Sequence record: SRR20825019_2588
Length of the DNA stretch: 64,000 bases
Direction: 5' to 3' (one strand)
This document shows, piece after piece, positions 1-10,535 of this stretch. The position numbers were made by a program, and so were the translations under genes. Each line of letters starts with the position of its first letter. The stretch's first letter is position 1. The notes under the pieces are model-generated. The model searched no databases. It saw only the letters and a list, made by a program, of their open reading frames with translations, and was not told the origin of the DNA.

Positions 1-30
1 TCGCGGGTTCGAGTCCCGTCCGCTCCGCCA
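1..30 (+). tRNA. 3' portion of tRNA, most likely tRNA-Asp (truncated by window edge)
   Basis: T-arm GCGGG-TTCGAGT-CCCGT and acceptor 3' end CCGCTCCGCCA match the 3' half of gammaproteobacterial tRNA-Asp; anticodon lies outside the window. Confidence 0.8.
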
Positions 31-35
31 AGACG

Positions 36-67
36 AAAAAGGGCGCATTCAATGCGCCTTTTTTTTT
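36..67 (+). terminator. Rho-independent terminator after tRNA
   Basis: aaaaagggcgcatt-c-aatgcgcctttttttt hairpin plus T tract. Confidence 0.8.
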
Positions 68-122
68 GCCTGATGGTTTAGACTATCCGTTTTAATAATC
101 AAAGAAATGAAGGTTTTCTTCC

Positions 123-2006
123 ATGTTGCATTTCATACGTGATCGCGCCCAGGGATGGATTGCCTGGTTTATCGTCGGTCTGATTAGTATTCCATTTGCG
201 CTGTGGGGGGTGAACTCCTACATGACTGGTGCTTCTGATGTCGTTGTGGCTGAAGTTAATGGCCATGAAATCAAACAGACGCAACTGCAGCAATCATTAC
301 AGCAATACCGAGACCAGATGCGTAACGTGCTGGGCGAACAGTTCGATCCGGCTATGTTCGAAGGTGCTGCCGTTAAACGCAATATTCTTGATGGCCTGAT
401 TGAACAGCAGCTGCTGCGTGAGGCCAATCAGAAACTGGGACAAACAGTCAACGATGCTTCTGTGTCCGAAATGATCCGTTCGACCCCGGCGTTTCAGCGT
501 GATGGTCAGTTTGATCCTGACTACTACGCGATGGTGCTGGCACGGGTAGGTTACAGCCCCACAAGCTATGAAGCTCAGTTGCGCAGTGACCTGCTGGCGC
601 AGGAGTTGACGCAGAATATTCAACGTTCGGCTATCGTCACTGATGCACAACTGGACCGGGTGCTGGAACTGGAAAAACAGCAGCGTGAAATTGCCTATGG
701 TGTGGTTCCTCTCCAGGGATACGTGGATAAAGTCAGTATCGATGACGAAGCAGTTCGCGACTATTACGAGAATAATAAAAACGCCTATACCGCGCCGGAA
801 CAAATCAAACTCAACTATGTTGAACTCGACATAGACAGCATCGCCGATACAATCACCGTCGACGATGAGGCACTGAAACAGTTTTATGCCGATAACCAGT
901 CACAATTCGTGGGTCCGGAACAACGTCAGGTCAGCCATATTCTGATTGAAGGCGATGACGAGGAAGCACGGGCGAAAATCGAATCGATTGCCGACCGGAT
1001 TGAACAGGGCGAAGACTTCGCCGACGTCGCCAAAGCCGAGTCGCAGGATACCGGCTCAGCAGCACAGGGCGGTGACCTTGGCTTCTTTGGTCGTGACGTA
1101 ATGGAACCGGCTTTTGAAGAAGCGGCTTTTGGGCTGGAAAACATCGGTGATATCAGTGAACCAGTACAAACCGAGTTCGGTTACCACCTGATTAAACTGA
1201 CTGGTGTGGACTCGCCTGAAGTGCAGGATTTTGCCGAAGTGCGGGATGAGGTTGAACAACGTTATCGTCGCCAACAGGCTGAAACCCAGTTTTATGACAA
1301 AGCTGAACAGCTGGCAAACCTCAGTTTTGAAAACCCGGACAGTCTTGATGTGGCGGCCGAGGAAGTGGGGCTGAATATTCAAACCACAGAACTGTTCACC
1401 CGCGGTGGCACCGAGTCCGGTATTGCCAGTGAGAGTAAAGTGGTTGAGGCGGCATTCAGCCAGGATGTGTTGCAAAACGAGCTGAACAGCTCAGTGATTG
1501 AATTATCTGACACGCATCTGGTGGTGATTCACAAGAATAAGCATATTCCGGAAGCAGTCCTGCCGTTCGAATCCGTTGAGCCGGCTATTAAACAGCAGCT
1601 GTTGTTTGATAAAGCCAGCCAGTTTGCTCGTGAAAAAGGTGAAGCGATTGTTACTGAACTGAAATCCGGTGCTGATGCACAGGCGCTGCTGGAAAACTGG
1701 CAGCCTGCGGCTTTCTACGGCCGTGACAGCGAAGAAGTCAGTAACCAGATCCTGCAACGTGCTTTTGAAATGCAGAAACCCGAGTCACAAGCGCAATACA
1801 CCGGCTTTACTGCTGATAACGGCAATTATGTGGTCATTAAGCTGACTGCCGTAGAGAACGGACAGGCAGCAGAGGTTGAAGCTGAAGAAAAACAGTCGAT
1901 TGAAGAACAGTTGCAGCAGATGCTGGCTAATGCAGAGCTGCAGGCCTTCATTGCCTCTTTACGTGCTGATGCCGATATCAATATCGTCGATAAAAGTCTG
2001 CGCTAA
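123..2006 (+). CDS. ppiD: Peptidyl-prolyl isomerase D (SurA N-domain + parvulin)
   Basis: N-terminal TM anchor, VSHILI and GGDLGFF parvulin motifs, 627 aa. Confidence 0.92.
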   Translation: MLHFIRDRAQGWIAWFIVGLISIPFALWGVNSYMTGASDVVVAEVNGHEIKQTQLQQSLQQYRDQMRNVLGEQFDPAMFEGAAVKRNILDGLIEQQLLREANQKLGQTVNDASVSEMIRSTPAFQRDGQFDPDYYAMVLARVGYSPTSYEAQLRSDLLAQELTQNIQRSAIVTDAQLDRVLELEKQQREIAYGVVPLQGYVDKVSIDDEAVRDYYENNKNAYTAPEQIKLNYVELDIDSIADTITVDDEALKQFYADNQSQFVGPEQRQVSHILIEGDDEEARAKIESIADRIEQGEDFADVAKAESQDTGSAAQGGDLGFFGRDVMEPAFEEAAFGLENIGDISEPVQTEFGYHLIKLTGVDSPEVQDFAEVRDEVEQRYRRQQAETQFYDKAEQLANLSFENPDSLDVAAEEVGLNIQTTELFTRGGTESGIASESKVVEAAFSQDVLQNELNSSVIELSDTHLVVIHKNKHIPEAVLPFESVEPAIKQQLLFDKASQFAREKGEAIVTELKSGADAQALLENWQPAAFYGRDSEEVSNQILQRAFEMQKPESQAQYTGFTADNGNYVVIKLTAVENGQAAEVEAEEKQSIEEQLQQMLANAELQAFIASLRADADINIVDKSLR

Positions 2007-2022
2007 GGCTGGCTGAACTCAC

Positions 2023-2048
2023 TAAAAAAGCGCCCTTGGGCGCTTTTT
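2023..2048. terminator. Bidirectional terminator between convergent genes
   Basis: aaaaaagcgccc-tt-gggcgctttttt. Confidence 0.85.
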
Positions 2049-3250
2049 TATGTCAGTCTATCAATGACTGCAGCACCGACACTGTCACCCCAGACATTCA
2101 CCGAGGTGCGGAAACGATCCAGAAACCAGTCAACCGCGAGTAAAAGGGCGATACCTTCCAGTGGCAGTCCGACCGCGGTAAGCACAATCACCATGGTCAC
2201 CAGACCGGCTTCAGGAATACCGGCTGCGCCGATAGCAGCCAGTGTTGCTGTGATAAAGACAATGCCCTGCTGCATCAGACTGAGTTCTATCCCGTAGGCC
2301 TGGGCAATAAACATCACCGCAGCAGCTTCATACAAGGCGGTACCGTCCATGTTGATGGTGGCGCCCAGTGGCAGTACGAATTTGACGGCTTTGGGATCGA
2401 CTTTGTTTTCACGGGCACATTCCATAGTGAGCGGCAGTGTGGCTGATGAACTGGCGGTACCGAAGGCGGTAACCAGCGCTCTGGCCATACCCAGCAGATA
2501 ATCAATACCGCGGCCGGCGACGAAAAACAGAATCAGCAGTAAAACAATGGCATGTATAAGCAGGCCGGTCAGTACGGTTACGACATGCAGGCCCACAGCC
2601 GTGATTTCAGCCATAAACTGCTCGCCGCCACCGACACTACCGAGCCTTGCTGCAATCAGCGCAAAGATGCCGATAGGGGCAAAATGCATGATCCAGATAA
2701 CCAGCGTCATCATCGCTTCATTAATGCCGTCAAACACGGCAAAGACCGGCCTGGATTTATCCCCTACTGTGGTCAGTGCCATGGCAAAAATAATGGCAAA
2801 GACGATCAGCGGCAATAATTCTGTCTGGCTTGCGGCCGTGACCAGGTTGGGGGAGATGAGAGACAGGACAATATCGCTGATGCCGGTGTCCTGTTTGGAC
2901 AGAATATGCTCGGGTACCTCAGTCTGGGTTAACTGAATGCCGATGCCCGGCTGAATCCAGTTGACGACTAAAAGGCCGATGAAAACAGCAATGGCGGTCG
3001 TAGACAGATAATAGACCAGGGTGTAACCGCCCATTTTTCCGAGTTGACGGATATCCCCCAGACTGCCAATACCACTGATGACAGAGGCAATCACCAGCGG
3101 GATAATGGTCATCTTCAGCGCATTAAGAAACAGGCTGCCCAGCCAGCCTACCGACATGGCCGCTTCGCCGGCGTACCAGCCGTAGAAGACGCCAGTAACA
3201 GCCCCGACAATTATAAAGGCCAACAGGGCCATGGCGTGTGAATGCGACAT
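2048..3250 (-). CDS. Dicarboxylate/amino acid:cation symporter (DAACS/GltP family)
   Basis: AFGTASSSATLP, GATINMDGTALY and DRFRTSVNVWGD motifs; ATG at 3250 chosen. Confidence 0.9.
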   Translation of the reverse strand: MSHSHAMALLAFIIVGAVTGVFYGWYAGEAAMSVGWLGSLFLNALKMTIIPLVIASVISGIGSLGDIRQLGKMGGYTLVYYLSTTAIAVFIGLLVVNWIQPGIGIQLTQTEVPEHILSKQDTGISDIVLSLISPNLVTAASQTELLPLIVFAIIFAMALTTVGDKSRPVFAVFDGINEAMMTLVIWIMHFAPIGIFALIAARLGSVGGGEQFMAEITAVGLHVVTVLTGLLIHAIVLLLILFFVAGRGIDYLLGMARALVTAFGTASSSATLPLTMECARENKVDPKAVKFVLPLGATINMDGTALYEAAAVMFIAQAYGIELSLMQQGIVFITATLAAIGAAGIPEAGLVTMVIVLTAVGLPLEGIALLLAVDWFLDRFRTSVNVWGDSVGAAVIDRLT

Positions 3251-3272
3251 TGAATTTCCCCGCGCTGAAAAC

Positions 3273-3300
3273 AAAACAGGGCATTTAAAATGCCCTGTTG
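3273..3300 (-). terminator. Terminator-like hairpin after fabI
   Basis: aacagggcattt/aaatgccctgtt inverted repeat followed by T-rich run on minus strand. Confidence 0.6.
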
Positions 3301-3325
3301 TGAATATTAGCAGATTAGTGGCGCG

Positions 3326-4114
3326 CTACTTATCGCCGATGCCGACAATGTTGTAACCAGCATCGACATAGGTAATTTCACCCGTGACTCCTGAGGCCAG
3401 ATCGGAGCAGAGGAAGGCGGCCACATTACCGACTTCTTCAATAGTGACATTACGACGCAGCGGGGAGTTACGTTCACCGTAGGCGAGCATTTTGCCGAAA
3501 TCACCAATGCCTGCTGCCGCCAGTGTTTTGATCGCACCGGCTGAGACCGCATTCACGCGAATACCTTCTTCACCGAGTGAGTAGGCCATGTAGCGCACAG
3601 TAGCTTCAAGCGCGGCTTTAGCGACGCCCATGACGTTGTAGTTATCAATAGCACGTTCAGCACCGAGATAGCTCAGGGTCAGCATTGAGCCGTTACGTCC
3701 GGCCATCATCGGTTTACCGGCTTTGGCAAGGGCGGCAAAGCTGTAGGCGCTGATATCATTCGACATGGCAAAGGCATCACGGGTGACACTGTCAACAAAA
3801 CTCCCCTGCAGTTGTTCGCGGGGCGCAAAGGCAACGGAGTGAACAATTGTGTCGAGACCATCCCAGTGTTTGCTCAGATCATCGAACACAGCCTGAATCT
3901 GTTCATCGCTGCTGACATCGCAGGGAAAGACCAGAGACGGATCGGCACCGCACTCTGCAGCAATTTTTTCAACGCGCGATTTAAGCTTGTCATTTTGATA
4001 GGTAAAGGCCAGTTCAGCGCCTTGTTTGGCCATGGCATGTGCAATGCCGGAGGCGATAGAACGCGGGCTGGCAACGCCCACAATTAACACGCGTTTGCCT
4101 TGCAGGAAACCCAT
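3326..4114 (-). CDS. fabI: Enoyl-ACP reductase
   Basis: [46 protein letters not shown]. Confidence 0.96.
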   Translation of the reverse strand: MGFLQGKRVLIVGVASPRSIASGIAHAMAKQGAELAFTYQNDKLKSRVEKIAAECGADPSLVFPCDVSSDEQIQAVFDDLSKHWDGLDTIVHSVAFAPREQLQGSFVDSVTRDAFAMSNDISAYSFAALAKAGKPMMAGRNGSMLTLSYLGAERAIDNYNVMGVAKAALEATVRYMAYSLGEEGIRVNAVSAGAIKTLAAAGIGDFGKMLAYGERNSPLRRNVTIEEVGNVAAFLCSDLASGVTGEITYVDAGYNIVGIGDK

Positions 4115-4237
4115 AAGTCTCTCCTAAACTGCGAATAAAGCGAAATAACTTACCTGATTTTAACATTAACGGGAAGGGCGACCGCGCAGTAATCTCGTGA
4201 TAATCTTGGTCACACATGAGGTTCGAATTTTGACGTT

Positions 4238-6394
4238 GTGAGAATGAAACTGAGATATCTGCTGGTTTATCTGTCGCTGCTTGTCGTCACCGCTTGTGAA
4301 TTTGGCGCTGTCAACTCGCCATATCCCGATCAAAACCCGGAGATCGATACCCTTTATACCTCTTTCTCCCTGCGCCCCAAACATCTGGACCCGGCCCGTT
4401 CCTACAGTGCCAATGAAATCGCCATTACCGGCCAGATCTACGAGCCGCCATACCAGTATCACTATCTCAAACGTCCCTACCAGCTGGAACCATTGGTGGC
4501 AGCCGATATGCCTGAGGTTGCTTATCTGGATGAGAGCGACAAACCGGTGCCGGAAGACAGTGATAACATTGCCTACAGTGTTTATACGATTCCATTAAAA
4601 ACCGGGGTTTTCTTCCAGCCGCATCCGGCCTTTGCCCGTAATGAAGACGGCGAGTTCCTCTATCACAGCCTCAGCAATGAACAGCTGGAAGAAATTGAAA
4701 AGCTGGCCGATTTCGAGCAAACCGATACCCGTGAGCTGAGAGCCGATGATTTTGTCTACCAGATTAAACGGCTGGCTCACCCGGAAATTCATTCTCCTAT
4801 TCTTGGCCTGATGGGTGAGCATATCGTCGGACTGACAGACTATGCAGATAAGTTACGGGAGCTACGCCAGCAAGGGCTGCCACTGGATCTCAGAAAGCTG
4901 GATATTGAGGGTGTCAGGGTGATTGACGACAGCCATTATCAGATCAAGGTTTACGGTAAGTATCCTCAACTGCGGTTCTGGCTGGCGATGCCGTTTTTTG
5001 CGCCGATTCCCTGGGAAGCTGAAGAGTTTTATGCCCAGCCCGGATTGATTAATAAAAACATTACGATTGATTGGTACCCGGTTGGTACCGGTCCGTTCTA
5101 CATGACCGAAAATGATCCTAACCGGCGGATGGTGCTCAGTAAGAACCCGCATTTTCATGGCGAATTTTATCCAACTGAGGGCGACCCGGGCGATGCTGAG
5201 GCCGGCCTGCTCGATGACGCCGGTAAGCCGCTGCCACTGATCGACGAAATTGTCTTCACCCTGGAAAAGGAAAATACGTCCTACTGGGGTAAGTTTATTC
5301 AAGGCTATTATGATGTTAGCGGTATCAGCTCAGACAGTTTTGATCAGGCTGTGCAGGTTTCTTCAGCGGGTGAGTTCGGTCTCAGTGATACGATGAAAGA
5401 AAAGGGGATACAGCTAGAAACAGCTGTCGGGACCTCAACTTTTTATATCGGTTTCAACATGCTCGACCCGGTGGTCGGGGGCTATTCAGAGAGAGCCAAA
5501 AAACTCAGAAGGGCGATTTCCATTGCCATCGATCACGAGGAATATATATCGATTTTTGCCAATGGCCGCGGTATCCCTGCCCAGGGGCCGGTGCCGCCCG
5601 GTATTTTCGGTTATGTTGACGGTGAAGCCGGCATTAATCCACATGTCTATGACTGGCAACAGGGCACGCCTGTCAGACGACCGATTGACGATGCCAAAAA
5701 ATTGCTGGCTGAGGCGGGATATCCCAGAGGTCGGGATGCCGAAACCGGCGAGCCGCTGGTGTTGTATTTTGATGTACCCGCCAGTGGCCCTGACAGCAAA
5801 GCGCAGCTTGACTGGTTACGCAAACAGTTCCGTAAACTCAATGTGCAACTGGTGATCCGAAGTACTGATTACAATCGTTTTCAGGATAAGATGCGTCGCG
5901 GCCAGGCACAGATTTTCCAATGGGGATGGAATGCGGATTACCCGGATCCTGAAAACTTTCTGTTCCTCCTCTACGGCCCTAACGGTAAAGTGGAAACTGG
6001 AGGCGAGAACGCGGCCAATTATAAAAACACGGCTTTCGACAAGCTGTTTGAAGCAATGCGGGTGATGCCCAACAATGAAGAACGGCTAAAGATCATTCAG
6101 CGTATGGCTGATATCGCTCGTGAGGATGCGCCCTGGGTGTGGGGGTTTCACCCCAAAATGTTCACGCTCTATCACGCCTGGAATCACAACATCAAACCCA
6201 ACCTGATGGCGAACAACACTCTCAAATACCGCCGACTTGATACTGAGCTACGGCAACAGCTGCAGGATGAGTGGAATAAGCCCACTGTCTGGCCGCTTTT
6301 AATGCTGTTATTTGCCTTGCTGTTAGTGATATTGCCGGCCATGCTGGTTTATCGTCATAAAAAGCATAAAAAACATTCAATTCCGGCTGCTTAA
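4238..6394 (+). CDS. Peptide/nickel ABC transporter substrate-binding lipoprotein (family 5) with C-terminal TM helix
   Basis: Lipobox-like VVTAC, PVGTGPF, GWNADYPDPENFL; hydrophobic C-terminal helix followed by basic tail. Confidence 0.85.
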   Translation: MRMKLRYLLVYLSLLVVTACEFGAVNSPYPDQNPEIDTLYTSFSLRPKHLDPARSYSANEIAITGQIYEPPYQYHYLKRPYQLEPLVAADMPEVAYLDESDKPVPEDSDNIAYSVYTIPLKTGVFFQPHPAFARNEDGEFLYHSLSNEQLEEIEKLADFEQTDTRELRADDFVYQIKRLAHPEIHSPILGLMGEHIVGLTDYADKLRELRQQGLPLDLRKLDIEGVRVIDDSHYQIKVYGKYPQLRFWLAMPFFAPIPWEAEEFYAQPGLINKNITIDWYPVGTGPFYMTENDPNRRMVLSKNPHFHGEFYPTEGDPGDAEAGLLDDAGKPLPLIDEIVFTLEKENTSYWGKFIQGYYDVSGISSDSFDQAVQVSSAGEFGLSDTMKEKGIQLETAVGTSTFYIGFNMLDPVVGGYSERAKKLRRAISIAIDHEEYISIFANGRGIPAQGPVPPGIFGYVDGEAGINPHVYDWQQGTPVRRPIDDAKKLLAEAGYPRGRDAETGEPLVLYFDVPASGPDSKAQLDWLRKQFRKLNVQLVIRSTDYNRFQDKMRRGQAQIFQWGWNADYPDPENFLFLLYGPNGKVETGGENAANYKNTAFDKLFEAMRVMPNNEERLKIIQRMADIAREDAPWVWGFHPKMFTLYHAWNHNIKPNLMANNTLKYRRLDTELRQQLQDEWNKPTVWPLLMLLFALLLVILPAMLVYRHKKHKKHSIPAA

Positions 6395-6478
6395 GAAGCA
6401 GATTTTTTGTGAGGGCTTCGGTAGAATAACCGCCTGAATTGTGATGTTACTGCCGGATGCTATAGAGGGAGTTTAAGA

Positions 6479-7246
6479 GTGGATCTTGCTACGCTGCTGG
6501 GCCTGGTTACCGCCTGGGGATTAATTATCGCGACAATCGCGCTGGGCGCGGCTGCCGGGACATTCGTTAACATGCCATCGCTGGCCATTGTTCTGGGCGG
6601 GACCTTTGCCGTTGTTTTGATGCGTTTCACTCTGGGACAGTTCATCGGTTCGATAAAAACAGCCACCAAAGCCTTTCTGCACAAGTCGGAATCACCACAA
6701 GCTATCATTGAGAACGTGGTTGAGCTCGCTGGTATTGCGCGTAAAGAAGGGCTGCTGGCGCTGGAACGTCAGGAAATCAGCAATCCGGTTCTATCTAAAG
6801 GCATTATGATGCTGGTCGATGGTCATGAGCCGGGGGTGGTCAAAAAAGCATTGCTGACGGAAATGAATGAAACTTTGAATCGTCACAGCCTTGGCCAGCA
6901 AATATTCAAAGCCATGGGTGATGCTGCTCCAGCCATGGGCATGATAGGGACTTTGGTGGGGCTGGTACAGATGCTGAGCAATATGTCTGACCCCAAATCC
7001 ATCGGCCCTGCGATGGCTGTGGCCCTGTTGACTACCTTATACGGCGCGATGCTGGCTAATATGTTTGCGCTGCCGATTGCTGACAAACTGTCACTGCGCA
7101 GCAGCGAAGAGCAAATGAACAAAAACATCATTATCGAGAGTGTGCTCGGTATACAGGAAGGGCAAAACCCGAAAATCCTGGGTGAAATCCTCAAAAACTT
7201 TCTTCCCGCTTCCAAGCGTGACACTGAAGAAGAAGCGGCGGCCTGA
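6479..7246 (+). CDS. pomA: Flagellar stator A subunit, PomA (Na+-type) like
   Basis: MDLATLLGL, ARKEGLLALE, APAMGMIGTLVGLV, LLTTLYG motifs. Confidence 0.88.
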   Translation: MDLATLLGLVTAWGLIIATIALGAAAGTFVNMPSLAIVLGGTFAVVLMRFTLGQFIGSIKTATKAFLHKSESPQAIIENVVELAGIARKEGLLALERQEISNPVLSKGIMMLVDGHEPGVVKKALLTEMNETLNRHSLGQQIFKAMGDAAPAMGMIGTLVGLVQMLSNMSDPKSIGPAMAVALLTTLYGAMLANMFALPIADKLSLRSSEEQMNKNIIIESVLGIQEGQNPKILGEILKNFLPASKRDTEEEAAA

Positions 7247-7263
7247 CAAGGCCGCTTTTGTCT

Positions 7264-8157
7264 ATGAGTGAGAATTCGAACAGAGTCAAGCGTGACGCGG
7301 AGGGCTTGCCTGCCTACATGGCAACCTTTGCCGATTTGATGTCACTGTTGATGTGTTTCTTCGTTCTGCTGCTGTCTTTTGCCGAAATTGATGCGCTGAA
7401 ATACAAAATGGTGGTCAAGTCGCTGGAAACGGCTTTCGGTGTTCAGCGCGAAGTACCAAAGGACGAAATCCCTGAAGGCACCAGCATCATTGCCCAGGAA
7501 TTCAGCCCGGGGGAGCCCAAACCGACTCCCCTCAAAGTGGTCAGACAGGATACAATGGACGAAACCCGTGAACAGCTGAAGGTGACCGCGGATGCCGAAC
7601 AGCTGGCACAGCAGCAGGTAAAAGAAGTTGCTGAAGAGACTCAGGAGTTCCGGGAAGCCTTGGAGCAGGAGATCAAGGATGGCCTGATTGTGGTTGAGAG
7701 CCAGTTCAGCCGTATTGTGATTCGTATCCGCGAGAAGGGGTCTTTCCCCTCCGGTGATGCTCGCTTGAACCCGGGTTTCATCCCGATTTTGCGGAAAATT
7801 CACGATGTGTTGCTGACCACGGACGGCCGCATTGCGGTGGCAGGGCACACTGATAATGTGCCGATTAACACAGCACGCTACCGCTCGAACTGGGAATTGT
7901 CGACCTCACGGGCTACCTCGGTGGTGCATGAATTACTGGCCCCGGGTGTGATACCTGCCGAGCGCTTTGTGCTGGAAGGTTATGCAGATACCAAACCGCT
8001 GGTACCTAATGATACGCCGGAAAACCGGGCCAAAAATCGCCGGGTTGAGATTATTGTCCTCAAGTCTCCAGTTGAGGAGGAACTGACTCGTTCGATTGAC
8101 GAATTGATTCAGGAGCACGAATCCGTCGATAGCGAAATCAGTCCGTTATACGAATAA
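7264..8157 (+). CDS. motB: Flagellar stator B subunit PomB/MotB (OmpA-like PG-binding domain)
   Basis: TFADLMSLLMCFFVLL TM with essential Asp; GHTDNVP, NWELS, NRRVEI. Confidence 0.88.
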   Translation: MSENSNRVKRDAEGLPAYMATFADLMSLLMCFFVLLLSFAEIDALKYKMVVKSLETAFGVQREVPKDEIPEGTSIIAQEFSPGEPKPTPLKVVRQDTMDETREQLKVTADAEQLAQQQVKEVAEETQEFREALEQEIKDGLIVVESQFSRIVIRIREKGSFPSGDARLNPGFIPILRKIHDVLLTTDGRIAVAGHTDNVPINTARYRSNWELSTSRATSVVHELLAPGVIPAERFVLEGYADTKPLVPNDTPENRAKNRRVEIIVLKSPVEEELTRSIDELIQEHESVDSEISPLYE

Positions 8158-8169
8158 AAGGAGTTGATT

Positions 8170-8757
8170 ATGAAATATCTGCAAAAAACATTTTGTTTGA
8201 TGGGCCTGTTACTGGCGAGTTCGATTGCGAACGCAGCCGGCTGGCAGGTGGATAATTCACAGTCCCAGCTCAGCTTTGTTTCGGTCAAGAAAAGTAGTAT
8301 CGCAGAGGTGCATCATTTCGACTGGATGACCGGATCGGTTAATGAAGCGGGTGAAGTTGCACTGGAGGTTGATCTGACCAGTGTGAACACCGGTATCGAA
8401 ATCCGTGATTCACGGATGAAAGAGTTTTTCTTTGATGTCGGGGCTTATCCTACCGCTGACCTTCACGCCAAGATCGACCCGGCTTTTATTCGTGAACTGG
8501 CAGTCGGGCAATCCAAAACTCTGGCGCTCGACGCCGAGTTGGATTTGCACGGTCAGAAACAAACAGTGACGATACCTCTGATGGTAACCAAGGTCAGTGA
8601 AAAAGAGTTACTGGTTGTTTCCAATCAGCCGGTGATTCTCAATGTGGCTGACTTTGATTTGGTCAAAGGGCTTGAAAAATTACGTGAACTGGCAGGCCTG
8701 CCCAGTATTAGTCAGGCAGTACCGGTCAGTTTTTATTTAATACTGAACGCGATGTAA
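8170..8757 (+). CDS. YceI family periplasmic lipid/isoprenoid-binding protein
   Basis: Signal peptide, WQVDNSQSQLSF, SVNTGIEIRD, LDLHG. Confidence 0.85.
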   Translation: MKYLQKTFCLMGLLLASSIANAAGWQVDNSQSQLSFVSVKKSSIAEVHHFDWMTGSVNEAGEVALEVDLTSVNTGIEIRDSRMKEFFFDVGAYPTADLHAKIDPAFIRELAVGQSKTLALDAELDLHGQKQTVTIPLMVTKVSEKELLVVSNQPVILNVADFDLVKGLEKLRELAGLPSISQAVPVSFYLILNAM

Positions 8758-8775
8758 AGAGGTTAAGACCGCGTT

Positions 8776-9414
8776 ATGCAAAAGTTTTCAGTTGAAACAG
8801 GCATTGTCATTCCGATGGACAGACCCAACGTGGATACCGATGCCATCATTCCCAAACAGTTTCTTAAATCAATCAAACGCACCGGGTTCGGCCCTAATCT
8901 TTTTGATGAGTGGCGTTACCTGGATCATGGCGAACCCGGTCAGGATTGCAGCGAGCGACCGATTAACCCGGACTTTGAGTTAAACCAGCCGCGTTACAAA
9001 GGTGGCACCATTTTGCTGGCACGGGAAAACTTCGGTTGTGGTTCAAGTCGTGAACATGCCGTGTGGGCATTGGATGATTTTGGCATCCGCGTGATTATCG
9101 CCCCGAGTTTTGCCGATATTTTCTTCAGCAACACCAGCAAGAACGGCATTCTCGCCATCACGCTGGAAGAAAAGCTGATTGACAAGCTGTTTGCTCAGGT
9201 CGAAGCCAGTCCCGGTTATCAACTCAAGGTTGATTTACCGGCGCAGATGATTACACTGCCCGATGGTGAAATGATTCCGTTCGAGATTGGCGGCTTCAAA
9301 AAGCACTGTCTGCTGGAGGGGCTGGATGACATCGGTCTGACCTTACAACACACTGATGAGATTCAAGCCTACGAAGCCAAACGTAAACAGGAAGCGCCCT
9401 GGTTGTTTTCCTGA
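8776..9414 (+). CDS. leuD: 3-isopropylmalate dehydratase small subunit
   Basis: [24 protein letters not shown]. Confidence 0.97.
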   Translation: MQKFSVETGIVIPMDRPNVDTDAIIPKQFLKSIKRTGFGPNLFDEWRYLDHGEPGQDCSERPINPDFELNQPRYKGGTILLARENFGCGSSREHAVWALDDFGIRVIIAPSFADIFFSNTSKNGILAITLEEKLIDKLFAQVEASPGYQLKVDLPAQMITLPDGEMIPFEIGGFKKHCLLEGLDDIGLTLQHTDEIQAYEAKRKQEAPWLFS

Positions 9415-9443
9415 AACAAGATATAGCAATTAAAGACACGACA

Positions 9444-10514
9444 ATGACAAAAAAAATAGCAGTTCTGCCCGGCGATGGGATTGGTCCCGAGATCGTTGCC
9501 GAAGCGGTTAAGGTATTGGATAAACTCCGCACTGAAGGGCTGGATATCAGCCTGGATTACGGCCTGGTTGGCGGTGCGGCCTATGATGAAACCGGTACCC
9601 CGTTGCCGGATGACACCCTGGCACTTGCCAAAGCAGCCGATGCGATTCTGCTCGGCGCTGTAGGTGGCTACAAATGGGAATCCCTGGATATCAGTGTGCG
9701 TCCCGAAAAGGGGTTGCTGGGCCTGCGTAGTGAGCTGAATCTTTTTGCCAATCTGCGTCCGGCGATTCTTTATCCTCAGCTGGCCGGTGCCTCTACCTTG
9801 AAACCTGAAGTGGTGGCCGGACTGGATCTGATGATTGTGCGGGAACTCACCGGCGGTATCTATTTCGGTCAGCCGCGAGGTGTTCGCACCCTGGAAAACG
9901 GCGAAAAACAAGGCTATAACACGCTGGTGTACCGTGAAAGTGAAATCCAGCGTATCGGTAAAGTGGCCTTTGATATTGCCGGCAAACGGCAGGGCCGTGT
10001 CTGCTCCGTTGATAAAGCAAATGTGTTGGAGTGCACGGAACTGTGGCGTGAAACTATGACAGAATTGGCAGCGGATTACCCCGAGGTCGAACTCAGTCAT
10101 ATGTACGTCGATAATGCTGCCATGCAATTGGTACGGGCGCCGAAACAGTTTGATGTAATGGTCACTACCAATATGTTTGGCGACATTCTCTCCGATTGTG
10201 CCTCGATGCTGACCGGTTCTATTGGTATGCTGCCGTCGGCATCACTGGATGAGAACAGCAAGGGTATGTACGAACCCATTCATGGCAGTGCCCCCGATAT
10301 TGCCGGCCAGAATATTGCCAACCCGCTGGCAACCATTTTGTCAGCTGCTATGATGTTACGTTACACACTCGATGAAGCTGAGATGGCTGATCGAATCGAA
10401 AAAGCTGTGAGCCAGGTGCTGGATGACGGTCTCAGAACGGCCGACATATACTCAGAAGGCAGCACCAAAGTATCGACATCGGAAATGGGCGATGCGGTTG
10501 TCGCAGCTCTGTAA
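9444..10514 (+). CDS. leuB: 3-isopropylmalate dehydrogenase
   Basis: [31 protein letters not shown]. Confidence 0.97.
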   Translation: MTKKIAVLPGDGIGPEIVAEAVKVLDKLRTEGLDISLDYGLVGGAAYDETGTPLPDDTLALAKAADAILLGAVGGYKWESLDISVRPEKGLLGLRSELNLFANLRPAILYPQLAGASTLKPEVVAGLDLMIVRELTGGIYFGQPRGVRTLENGEKQGYNTLVYRESEIQRIGKVAFDIAGKRQGRVCSVDKANVLECTELWRETMTELAADYPEVELSHMYVDNAAMQLVRAPKQFDVMVTTNMFGDILSDCASMLTGSIGMLPSASLDENSKGMYEPIHGSAPDIAGQNIANPLATILSAAMMLRYTLDEAEMADRIEKAVSQVLDDGLRTADIYSEGSTKVSTSEMGDAVVAAL

Positions 10515-10535
10515 TCCCAAGATAAAAGGTGAAAT

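Noticed and set aside
6479-8157. ZorAB (Zorya) defence motor
   Set aside because: Sizes and motifs match flagellar PomA/PomB; there is no long ZorA tail and no zorC/D/E.
9369-10127. Long antisense ORFs (also 27972-28613, 32858-33565, 58406-59020, 62565-63392)
   Set aside because: They are shadow frames opposite well-supported genes and have no recognisable motifs.
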